Shown here piece after piece: positions 40,612 to 48,773 of a stretch of DNA of 64,000 nucleotides. This stretch comes from Patescibacteria group bacterium (GTDB taxonomy: Bacteria; Patescibacteriota; 4484-211): NCBI GenBank assembly GCA_018824115.1, contig JAHJGY010000070.1, forward strand, positions 1,632-65,631, in the 5' to 3' direction. The notes under the pieces are model-generated. The model saw only the letters and a program-made list of their open reading frames with translations, was not told the DNA's origin and searched no databases. Numbering within the stretch: the first letter of the stretch is position 1; every line of letters begins with the position of its first letter. The translations under genes and the position numbers were made by a program.

Positions 40612-40675
40612 AAGATTGACATTTCTCTACCACGGGACTATAATAAGCTATTACGTTACGTCATAGTCAAGTATC
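40612..40675. promoter_or_regulatory. Overlapping divergent promoters: plus-strand TTGACA-17-TATAAT for the MerR gene; minus-strand TTGACT-19-TATTAT (MerR-type long spacer) for the UvrA-like gene, with an imperfect dyad CTATTACGT-T-ACGTCATAG in the spacer
   Basis: Coordinates read directly: TTGACA 40616-40621, TATAAT 40639-40644; minus-strand -10 at 40640-40645, -35 at 40665-40670, spacer 40646-40664 (19 nt). Confidence 0.5.
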
Positions 40676-41473
40676 ATGAATAATTACTTAACAGCGGGTG
40701 AATTAGCCAAGCTTGCAAGTACCACTAAGCGAACTATTCTCTTTTATGATGAGAAAAACATTCTTGAACCCGTGGAAGTTAATAATAAGGGTTATAGATA
40801 TTATTTAGAAGATCAGGTGCTTGACTACCAAAAAATACTTCTCCTTACTACCCTAGGTGTTTCATTGGATGAAATTAGGCTTCATCTCAAAAATAAGGGT
40901 AATCTGACTCAACTCTTTAACGAAAAAAAATCTCAAATAAGAAATCAAATAAAGAAGCTTGAATTTAATTTAGATAGTCTCGAGAAATTCTCAAACAACA
41001 TAAATAACAATGGGACAATGGTCAACCCGGAAATAAAGACAATTGAACCATTTGATGTTTATTACATTGAAAAAATCGGACCCTACGTTAAAATCGCGGA
41101 GTACTGCAAAGAGTTTATCGAGATGTTTGATAATAGGGGGAAAGAGTTTACAACTCTAGCCATCTTTGAGAACCCTACCTATCAACCCAAGAAAAGCAAG
41201 ATTAAAATTGGAGCGCTTGTAAAAAAGGACATGAAGATAGGTGAGAAACATAAAGATACTGTTAAACGCATGACTTTTAGCCCCGGAAAAGTTATAACCC
41301 ACACCTACAATGGTTCAGGAAGTTTACTTTCCTTATTCTGGAAAGAACTTGAAAAATACTGCATGATAAAAAAAATAAAAATTAGAAAAGATGTTCCTGA
41401 TTTTGAAATATACCGCAAAGTCAGCGAAGATCCAGTGGAGCAGTTTTTTGAAATTTATCTTCCTATCCGTTAA
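40676..41473 (+). CDS. MerR-family transcriptional regulator with C-terminal GyrI-like effector-binding domain (BmrR-like)
   Basis: N-terminal MerR HTH (LTAGELAKLASTTKRTILFYDEKNIL), coiled-coil linker, and a C-terminal GyrI-like domain ending ...PDFEIYRKV...EIYLPI. Confidence 0.8.
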   Translation: MNNYLTAGELAKLASTTKRTILFYDEKNILEPVEVNNKGYRYYLEDQVLDYQKILLLTTLGVSLDEIRLHLKNKGNLTQLFNEKKSQIRNQIKKLEFNLDSLEKFSNNINNNGTMVNPEIKTIEPFDVYYIEKIGPYVKIAEYCKEFIEMFDNRGKEFTTLAIFENPTYQPKKSKIKIGALVKKDMKIGEKHKDTVKRMTFSPGKVITHTYNGSGSLLSLFWKELEKYCMIKKIKIRKDVPDFEIYRKVSEDPVEQFFEIYLPIR

Positions 41474-41634
41474 TTTATTTTTATGGCCCGCCCGCCTTCA
41501 TGTAAATCCGAGACTTGCCAGTTCCCAAAGTCGTCTTGCGAACTGGCCAAGTAAGATTGGCTTCCTTATTGCACCAATTTAAATTAGTGAAAATAGGACT
41601 TTCCAGGTCATCGATGCTAAAGTATACTGTTGTT

Positions 41635-42369
41635 ATGCAGACTAGGAGGGCTCCAGAATCAAACCCGCCAGAAACCGAGTCCTGGGGTGAGATACAGCAA
41701 CGGGCGGAGTCGCAATTGGAGGACCTTGGTTTGGGTTGGGAAGACCTGATAGGTAATGTATTAGATGTTGGTTCGGGAGAGTCTTTTATTACAAAGGCGG
41801 CCCGGGAACAAGGTATAGATACCGAGGTTACATCCCTTGATATTGATCCACGGCGAGGTGAATGGTCTCCATTGCCAGGCGAGATACGCCAACGATCTGT
41901 ACAAGCCGACGCACTTGAGATGCCCTTTGCCGATGAGTCATTTGATCTTGTTGTGGCACGAGGATCAGTTGGATTTCTAGGTATACCCGAAGCAATACGT
42001 GTCCTACGCCCAGGTGGTGAGTTGCGTATCTATCCACTAAGCACAGGAGTAGTGGAACAGTGGATGATGTTTTATTATTTGCATGAGGTGCAAGGTGAAT
42101 CTCAAGAAGATGTAATGGATAAGATGCAAGCTCTTAGTTCTTCGTACAATGAGGAGTTGGGGGCTTACTCTTTAGAATATACGGCCTTGCGTGATGAGGC
42201 GCTCGAAAGTCTGTCGAAAGATCAAAAATTAGAAGTAATACAGATGGTAGTAGATACGTTATCGGACAGATATGGTCTTTCATTAACTCATATTGTCCGT
42301 GAACCGGATGCCAGAGAGCCAAAGGCAATACTATGTTATACCAAGCCTGATCTGTTCCGTGAATTTTGA
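41635..42369 (+). CDS. Class I SAM-dependent methyltransferase (Methyltransf_11-like)
   Basis: Motif I VLDVGSGES; ALEMPFADESFDLVV. Start chosen at the ATG 6 nt downstream of a TATACT -10 (leaderless-like). The ORF-track start at 41515 lies inside a hairpin that is probably the MerR-gene terminator. Confidence 0.6.
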   Translation: MQTRRAPESNPPETESWGEIQQRAESQLEDLGLGWEDLIGNVLDVGSGESFITKAAREQGIDTEVTSLDIDPRRGEWSPLPGEIRQRSVQADALEMPFADESFDLVVARGSVGFLGIPEAIRVLRPGGELRIYPLSTGVVEQWMMFYYLHEVQGESQEDVMDKMQALSSSYNEELGAYSLEYTALRDEALESLSKDQKLEVIQMVVDTLSDRYGLSLTHIVREPDAREPKAILCYTKPDLFREF

Positions 42370-42436
42370 GGCGTCTTAAAATGCCGGGTGTTTAAAAACT
42401 GGTTGAATTCGACAGTGTTTTGGTAGAATAATAAAT

Positions 42437-42679
42437 ATGGAGATAGGAAAGATTACAAAGAACTTTGCTGACGACTTTTGTAATTTGGTTTGGAAAAAGC
42501 TCGGCAAGGTAGGAGTAGAAGGAATTGGGATTACCGGCAGTTATGCCCGAGGCGATTATTCAAAAGCTCGTCCAGATATAAACTTCGCGCTTTTCATTGA
42601 TAAGAGTACGCCAGAATTGCTTCTTGAAATTGGGAAAATAACCTCAAGTCTTAATATGAAGTATTCTCTTCAGTTATAG
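42437..42679 (+). pseudogene. Truncated MNT-like nucleotidyltransferase domain (80 aa, DxD to DIN, no HEPN partner); probable gene remnant
   Basis: GITGSYARGDYSKARPDINFALF contains the GS...D-x-D NTase motif with the second Asp replaced. The ORF ends after about 80 aa, against about 100-130 aa for intact MNT. Confidence 0.4.
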
Positions 42680-42786
42680 GGCCAGAATAGATACTTTCGC
42701 GGCGTTGGTGTAAAAGTAGTATTAAGGTGTGAGAATGGGTAAAAGATTGCTTATAAAACGCAATTGGGCTATCATGGACTTATCTC

Positions 42787-44340
42787 ATGTTAGCTAAGAT
42801 ATACTCCGGTACCATACTCGGCCTAGAAGGGAAGCGGGTGGATGTGGAAGTTGACTTAGCCAAGAAAGGATTCCCCTCGTTTAAGATTGTTGGTTTACCC
42901 GATAAGGCGGTGAATGAAGCGCGGGATCGGGTTCGGAGCGCAATAATAAACTCCAAAGCTGATTTCCCTAAATATCGTTTGACTGTGAATTTAGCTCCTG
43001 CTGATTTGCCTAAAGAGGGCAGCGCTTTTGATTTGCCGATTGCACTAGGGATATTAATTGCGTCGGGGCAATTACCGCTTTCCGCCGAGCTTGAAAAGAG
43101 CGTTTTTTGGGGTGAGCTATCTTTAGAAGGCGATTTGCGTTCCATCACCGGAGCCCTTCCGCTTACTCTCTGGGCCAGAGAAGCTGGATTCGAACAGGTG
43201 TTTCTGCCGGCGGTTAATGCTCCAGAAGCAGCGGTAGTTAAAGGGATAAAGGTGATGCCGATAAATTCTCTAAGGGAGTTGTTCTACCACCTTGGAGATG
43301 TGAAGCCGATTGAACCTCACGATCCGGTAGATGTTCAGAGTTTTGCTAACAAATTAAGGGACTCTGAGTTTGACTTGGCAGATATAAGTGGGCAGGAGCA
43401 AGCTAAAAGAGCGTTAATAATTGCTGCCGCGGGTGGGCATAACCTTTTTATGATGGGGCCTCCCGGAGCAGGGAAAACACTACTAGCGCGCGCTTTGCCG
43501 TCAATTCTTCCCTCTTTAACTGAGGAGGAAATGCTAGAGGCAACCCAGATTTATTCGGTATCGGGAAATCTACCCCACGGTGAAGCGCTAATATTACAAA
43601 GACCATTTAGAACTCCACATCATACCACTTCCAGAATTGGTCTTATTGGTGGTGGCAGCCGTCCGAAGCCAGGGGAGATCTCACTGGCCCATCGAGGAGT
43701 GTTATTTCTGGATGAATTCGCTGAGTTCCCACGGCATGTATTGGAGAGTTTAAGGCAGCCGATGGAGGATGGAAAAGTTACTGTAAGCCGTGCGCTCACT
43801 TCGACAACTTTTCCGGCGCAGTTCATGCTGGTAGCAGCGTCTAATCCTTGTTACTGTGGGTATTTAGGGAGTCAGCGGGGCGTTTGTCGATGCACTTCGT
43901 ATCAAGTTGACCGTTATCAAAAGAGAGTTAGTGGCCCAATGCTTGATCGTTTTGATCTTTATCTAACAGTGCCGGAGGTAGAGCGGGAAAAGTTGAGTCA
44001 GGCGTTAACCGAAGGGCGCGGGCGGCAGACGTTGACTTCGGCAGTTGCCAGAGAACAAGTACAGCTGGCGCGTGATTTACAAAAAAAGAGGTTCAGTAAT
44101 GGTCCGAGTTTAGTCTGTAATGCTAATATTGGGCCAAAAGAAATAAGGGTTTATTGTGAACCTGATAATCAGGGGCGCGAATTGTTAAAGCAGGCATATG
44201 CTCGTTTTAGACTAACAGCGCGTGGTTATCACAAGGTTTTAAAAGTAGCACGAACAATCGCGGACCTAAACGGTTCATCGGAAATTGCACCGGAGTGTAT
44301 TAGTGAGGCATTATGTTACCGGCGGAGAGGTTGGGGTTGA
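42787..44340 (+). CDS. comM: YifB/ComM family Mg-chelatase-like AAA+ ATPase
   Basis: N-terminal Lon-like domain, Walker A GPPGAGKT, and the C-terminal Cys cluster CYCGYLGSQRGVCRC. Confidence 0.85.
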   Translation: MLAKIYSGTILGLEGKRVDVEVDLAKKGFPSFKIVGLPDKAVNEARDRVRSAIINSKADFPKYRLTVNLAPADLPKEGSAFDLPIALGILIASGQLPLSAELEKSVFWGELSLEGDLRSITGALPLTLWAREAGFEQVFLPAVNAPEAAVVKGIKVMPINSLRELFYHLGDVKPIEPHDPVDVQSFANKLRDSEFDLADISGQEQAKRALIIAAAGGHNLFMMGPPGAGKTLLARALPSILPSLTEEEMLEATQIYSVSGNLPHGEALILQRPFRTPHHTTSRIGLIGGGSRPKPGEISLAHRGVLFLDEFAEFPRHVLESLRQPMEDGKVTVSRALTSTTFPAQFMLVAASNPCYCGYLGSQRGVCRCTSYQVDRYQKRVSGPMLDRFDLYLTVPEVEREKLSQALTEGRGRQTLTSAVAREQVQLARDLQKKRFSNGPSLVCNANIGPKEIRVYCEPDNQGRELLKQAYARFRLTARGYHKVLKVARTIADLNGSSEIAPECISEALCYRRRGWG

Positions 44341-44390
44341 TTATCTTTTAGTGTTTGCGGTATAGTTGGGAGGGAGGACAGATTTTAATT

Positions 44391-44948
44391 ATGCCTGAGG
44401 AAAGGAAAGAGTTACCCAATGAGATACAGCTTTTGCCACCTGAGGAAATTGAGAGGCGAAAGACGGTAGCAGAACGTTATCTGCGGGTTGTGTCTGGAGT
44501 GAGTATATTCCTTGTTGTTGTGCAAATTATTGCCTTGACAACGATAATTATTAAGGCAAATGCAGAGAGGGATCTCCACCGAAAGGCTCAGGCATTGGAG
44601 CTAGTAATTGGGGAGCTGGAATCGTATTCGGAAACAGAGAGACAATTACGCCTTCTTGGGGAGAATGTGAAGCTTATCGAAGAGTTGCGGAAAGCAAATA
44701 ATGTAACACCAGAGCTCTTGAGCGCTATTGAGCAGTCATTACCCGTTGATATTTATCTGGATAGCATCCAACTGGGTGATGTTTTAAACATTCGTGGGCA
44801 AACTTATAACTATCTGTCTGTTTTCCGTTTCCTGAATCGATTACAAGAACAAGAGCAGGTTGACGAGGCGTTACTAGCGGGGTTAACGAGGAAAAGTGCA
44901 GGCGGAGCAGTCGAGTTTGCAATTACATTTAAGCTAGTTAAAGACTAG
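44391..44948 (+). CDS. PilN-like type IV pilus assembly protein (bitopic)
   Basis: Short cytoplasmic N-terminus, a single TM (VSGVSIFLVVVQIIALTTIII), a coiled coil, and a periplasmic ferredoxin-like fold. Confidence 0.5.
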   Translation: MPEERKELPNEIQLLPPEEIERRKTVAERYLRVVSGVSIFLVVVQIIALTTIIIKANAERDLHRKAQALELVIGELESYSETERQLRLLGENVKLIEELRKANNVTPELLSAIEQSLPVDIYLDSIQLGDVLNIRGQTYNYLSVFRFLNRLQEQEQVDEALLAGLTRKSAGGAVEFAITFKLVKD

Positions 44949-44959
44949 CTTGGCAAGAT

Positions 44960-45535
44960 ATGGTTAATGTAAACGGATTTAGACATAAGTCATGGAAGGG
45001 CTGGCTGAGTATTAGTTTAAGGATAGTCTTGGCATTGGTGCTCTTGTTGTTTGTAGTGTACCCAAATATTCGACGCGTTTTGGAAGTAAGTGGGTTAGCT
45101 GAGGAAATTGTTGAGGAAAAAGAAGCCTTGGAGTATAAACTGGACCGCATAAAATTACTCGGAGATAAATATCCGACTTATTCTGAGTTGCTGGATATAA
45201 GTGAACAGTATTTACCGGGCGAGCCGTTAGTATTAGGGGTAGTGACTAACCTGATTGCTGACGCAACGAATAGTGAGCTTTCCTTAGAAGACTTTCGCTA
45301 TGATGCTACTGCCCCGGTCTATCAGAGAAAAGACGTCGAAAATTCGATAACAGAAGGGGTAAAGTCGATGATCTTTTCGGTTACGGGTGATGGTAGTTAT
45401 CCAGAGTTTAAGTCATTTCTAGTTGGCATGGAGGAGGAACGTAGAGAGATTCAGCTTACTGATCTAAGGTTAAGGAAAGGAGAGTCCGGCGAATCACTGA
45501 TCTTTGGTATTACCGGGCGATTTTTTTGGAAATGA
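44960..45535 (+). CDS. PilO-like type IV pilus assembly protein (bitopic)
   Basis: A single TM (WLSISLRIVLALVLLLFVV), a coiled coil, then a periplasmic domain. Confidence 0.5.
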   Translation: MVNVNGFRHKSWKGWLSISLRIVLALVLLLFVVYPNIRRVLEVSGLAEEIVEEKEALEYKLDRIKLLGDKYPTYSELLDISEQYLPGEPLVLGVVTNLIADATNSELSLEDFRYDATAPVYQRKDVENSITEGVKSMIFSVTGDGSYPEFKSFLVGMEEERREIQLTDLRLRKGESGESLIFGITGRFFWK

Positions 45536-45747
45536 AAAAACTGGCGATTTTGTCCAAGATACTATCTCTCACGATAATTTTATTACTTGTTGTAATAGTG
45601 GTACTTTGGGGACAGCAGTGGTGGTTATTACGCGATGGTTCGGGGGTGCCTCGGCGAGCGACAACTAGACAACTGGAGTTGTTTAACGTTGAACTAGGTG
45701 GGCAGGTATTGGAAGAGTGGGTCTCCCCAACGCCGCAGCAAGAGTAA
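45526..45747 (+). CDS. Small single-TM protein (73 aa), possibly a PilP-like / pilus-operon member
   Basis: ORF overlapping the pilO-like stop by 10 nt; single TM. Confidence 0.3.
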   Translation: MEMKKLAILSKILSLTIILLLVVIVVLWGQQWWLLRDGSGVPRRATTRQLELFNVELGGQVLEEWVSPTPQQE

Positions 45748-45993
45748 AGCAGAGATCACAATAATCGTAAGCAAGAGGCTTCTTTTAAAGTCATTAGATA
45801 AAAAACTTGGATCGTAGTTTTCCCACCCGCTTTTTGTTTCTTTAGAGAGCCTTTGACCAGACTCAGCGTCGCGAGCAGGTTCTTGGGATTCCGATTTCTT
45901 CGGCGACAGGTTGTTGAGTTGTGATTTAAGCTTTTCAATTCGCTGTTTTAGGTAAATATTCTCTTGGCGGAAGTCTTTTTTCTTTTTGGTCAT
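45694..45993 (-). CDS. Small coiled-coil protein with a C-terminal TM anchor (99 aa)
   Basis: ORF; QENIYLKQRIEKLKSQLNNL coiled coil; C-terminal LLLTIIVISALLLL. Confidence 0.3.
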   Translation of the reverse strand: MTKKKKDFRQENIYLKQRIEKLKSQLNNLSPKKSESQEPARDAESGQRLSKETKSGWENYDPSFLSNDFKRSLLLTIIVISALLLLRRWGDPLFQYLPT

Positions 45994-47486
45994 TCTTGTT
46001 TTACTTCAATTTTGATTGTTATCCGTGAGATACGATGTGGTAGTCTCTGTAATAAACTGGGTAATTGTGGCCAGAGATCGACTTTGTACCCACTAATCCT
46101 CTCAAGATTACGGATATAAGTTTCTGCCTGACTGGGATTTAAAGACTTGAGAGAAGTTTTGATCTCTTCTTGATTAATTTGAGGAATAACCGTTGCGCGG
46201 ATAGTGCCTATAAGAGATATTTTACCTTTCTCACTTACATTAATTGCTTCTACTGTTACAGTGCTGTCATTGTTTGGGAGAGTGAATCCTTGTGGAATGT
46301 TTGCGGTGAGGTTTTTCATTAAGAGAGCTTCAATATTCGAGCGGTCGAAGGTGGTGGCCGATGACTTGACACTTATAGTGGCGGTGAACTCCTCGGTTTC
46401 AGATTCTACTTGGTGACTATAGCTGGATTCTAGAATTCTATCCATAACGGTTTCAGTTAACAGTTGCTGGTTCTCATCTAAGTTGTTTCGCAGATTCTCT
46501 GCGTTTTTTGTTGAAATTTGTGCGGCTAACTCGTCACGTGCTTGGTTTTGATCAGCTGCGGTAACAATTGTTAGTTTTGTTGTTAATCCACCAGTGAAAT
46601 CGTTTTCACTAACAGCAGTCACTTTGTCAGTGGTATAGCTGTCGACGCCAAAGCTGGTTGTTTGAGGGAGGTTGAATGCTTCTCCAATTTCGGTGGCGAT
46701 CACACTTATATTCTCGGTGATGCCCCAATTATATTGAACCCCTCGGTCGAGGAAAACTTCATCTCTCGGGGCAATAGTTGCCTCTTCCAGTAGAGTAAAA
46801 CTTAGTGTTGTGCCGGCTTCGGTAGTGTGACTAACTACTGTTCCGATTTTAAGTGAAACAGCTGCAGGAGTCATATTAACTAAAGTGATATTTCCCGTTG
46901 CTTTTTCGCCAGTGATTTTTTCTCCGGTTGCTTTGAATTCTCTACTCTGGGTGTCCTGAGCTTCAACTGCTGTGCCGGGGATTTTTAAATTATTGTAGTC
47001 AACTTCGGCAATTTGGGGATCAACAGTAACACTCTCCTGTTGATTTAATTCCGATTCTTGGACATATAAAGTAACGGTAGCCCGAGGAAGGTAGTAATAA
47101 ACAAAGGCAATGGCAGAGAGAAAGAAGGCAGCAAAGCCTGCTGTGGAGATTAAGAATATTCTCAGCGGGGTGAAGCGTTTCTTTTGTTTTAAATTACGAG
47201 CAGACTTTTCTGGTTGGCGTGTTAAACGCTCCTTAACTGCGCTCAGTGTTGTTGCGGGTGAGGATGGAGTAGGATCCGTGCCGGGCGAGGGATCTTGACT
47301 ACTTCTGACCTGGACAGTTTTTCCCTGTTTTGCCGCCCAATACCTTATGATTTCTTCGTTGATAGGCGATTGGGTAGCTTCGGAATTTGTCTCGAGGATA
47401 ATGTTAAGCTCGGTAGAATCCTCTTGGGTTATTCTTTCTAATATTAGGGCTAGGTTGTCTTGTTCAGTAAAAGTTAGGTCGGTCAT
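45990..47486 (-). CDS. Hypothetical bitopic protein (acidic cytoplasmic N-terminus, Pro/Ser linker, TM, ~360-aa extracytoplasmic domain)
   Basis: 498-aa ORF immediately downstream of the FtsA/PilM-like gene; TM segment FLISTAGFAAFFLSAIAFVYYYL. Confidence 0.5.
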   Translation of the reverse strand: MTDLTFTEQDNLALILERITQEDSTELNIILETNSEATQSPINEEIIRYWAAKQGKTVQVRSSQDPSPGTDPTPSSPATTLSAVKERLTRQPEKSARNLKQKKRFTPLRIFLISTAGFAAFFLSAIAFVYYYLPRATVTLYVQESELNQQESVTVDPQIAEVDYNNLKIPGTAVEAQDTQSREFKATGEKITGEKATGNITLVNMTPAAVSLKIGTVVSHTTEAGTTLSFTLLEEATIAPRDEVFLDRGVQYNWGITENISVIATEIGEAFNLPQTTSFGVDSYTTDKVTAVSENDFTGGLTTKLTIVTAADQNQARDELAAQISTKNAENLRNNLDENQQLLTETVMDRILESSYSHQVESETEEFTATISVKSSATTFDRSNIEALLMKNLTANIPQGFTLPNNDSTVTVEAINVSEKGKISLIGTIRATVIPQINQEEIKTSLKSLNPSQAETYIRNLERISGYKVDLWPQLPSLLQRLPHRISRITIKIEVKQE

Positions 47487-47546
47487 TTTAATGAGGCTCC
47501 CCGCTAAGCGGGGTTAGCCGAATTAACCCCGAGCTTGTCGAGGGGT

Positions 47547-48773
47547 TTAATAAACTTCCGTTGATCCCAGAGCTGCACTTACTAACGAAACAAATGCCGG
47601 CTCATTGATTTTACTAATTTCCCCACTTATGTTTGGTATTTCAGAAAGTTCAAGGAACCTTGGTTTTGGGAATGTGCTAAAGGATAAGTTTTTAGTCCAT
47701 GGATAAGCAATAAACGCCGATTTTAAATTTGGGATTTGTAATCCACCGCCATAGATAAAAAAGTTTTCCGGAAAACTTGAGGAGTAATTCATTTGTTTTA
47801 AACACGCGGCAATACCAGTCATTAAGATATCCAACCACGGTTGTGTTAAGCGATCCACTCCTTGTTGTTTCTCATCATTCAGTTTTCTTTGACTCGCGGC
47901 AATCTTAAGATTGTCAGCATTATCGAAATTGAGGTCAAGGTGTCTCATTAGATTCCAGGTGAAATGGTAGCCTCCCCAGTTAAAAGTGTAGCCGCCAAGG
48001 ATTTCACCTTCACTGAATAACGCTACTTCGGTTAGTTTGCCACCGATATCTATTAAGATCCCTCTTGCAAATTCATCTTTCAGGAAGTTTAGTGGGGCAA
48101 AAATAGGGTCTCTGATTTGTGATATTCGTAAACCAAGGGTGTCACCCAGTTGAGATAGGGTTTTATGTGTTTCTTGAAGACAGAAAGTCTCCTTTAATGA
48201 GATTTTGAGTTCTTCACCTCCGAAATCAATAGGCGAGGAAAGTTTTTTTCCATCTAGTCGGAATTCTATTGCCTCGGTACTGAGGCGTTGAAGGCTTTCT
48301 GGTGGGGCCCGGAAGAGCTGAGAAGCTTTAATGAGTGAACGCTCGGCTGTACGCTCTTCGATTTTCCGGAAAATTTTGTTGAGTTCGGACTCTGTCACAG
48401 GGGTTTCTACTTCGGCGCGTTGCAGTTTAATTTTTGTGTTTACGGTTTTAGTGAAACCCCCGGCTAGAAGAGTCGTTTGTTGTGGCATAATACTAGCTTC
48501 CAAATTTGCCTTTTCGATCGCCAGGGAACAAGCCTCCAAAACGGCATCAGGTTGTTGGATTTTGGAACCAAGGAAGCTAGCTTGCCCGTGCCTTTGTTGG
48601 CTGAGTGCGAGAACTTCTATCTTGGGGGTGTTACTGAAGGTAGGGTCGCCTGGTTCGGGGTCATTTAAAAGACGGAAGATGCCAGCCTTGACGGTGGTTG
48701 TCCCTAAGTCTAGCATCATGAAGGGCTCTGGTTGGCGTGGTTTAAATAATTTAGAGAGAATAGGTAGCTTCAT
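47547..48773 (-). CDS. Actin-like ATPase of the FtsA/PilM family
   Basis: MLDLGTTTVKAGIF (phosphate-1), IDIGGKLTEVALF (phosphate-2), IYGGGLQIPNL (adenosine motif). Confidence 0.6.
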   Translation of the reverse strand: MKLPILSKLFKPRQPEPFMMLDLGTTTVKAGIFRLLNDPEPGDPTFSNTPKIEVLALSQQRHGQASFLGSKIQQPDAVLEACSLAIEKANLEASIMPQQTTLLAGGFTKTVNTKIKLQRAEVETPVTESELNKIFRKIEERTAERSLIKASQLFRAPPESLQRLSTEAIEFRLDGKKLSSPIDFGGEELKISLKETFCLQETHKTLSQLGDTLGLRISQIRDPIFAPLNFLKDEFARGILIDIGGKLTEVALFSEGEILGGYTFNWGGYHFTWNLMRHLDLNFDNADNLKIAASQRKLNDEKQQGVDRLTQPWLDILMTGIAACLKQMNYSSSFPENFFIYGGGLQIPNLKSAFIAYPWTKNLSFSTFPKPRFLELSEIPNISGEISKINEPAFVSLVSAALGSTEVY

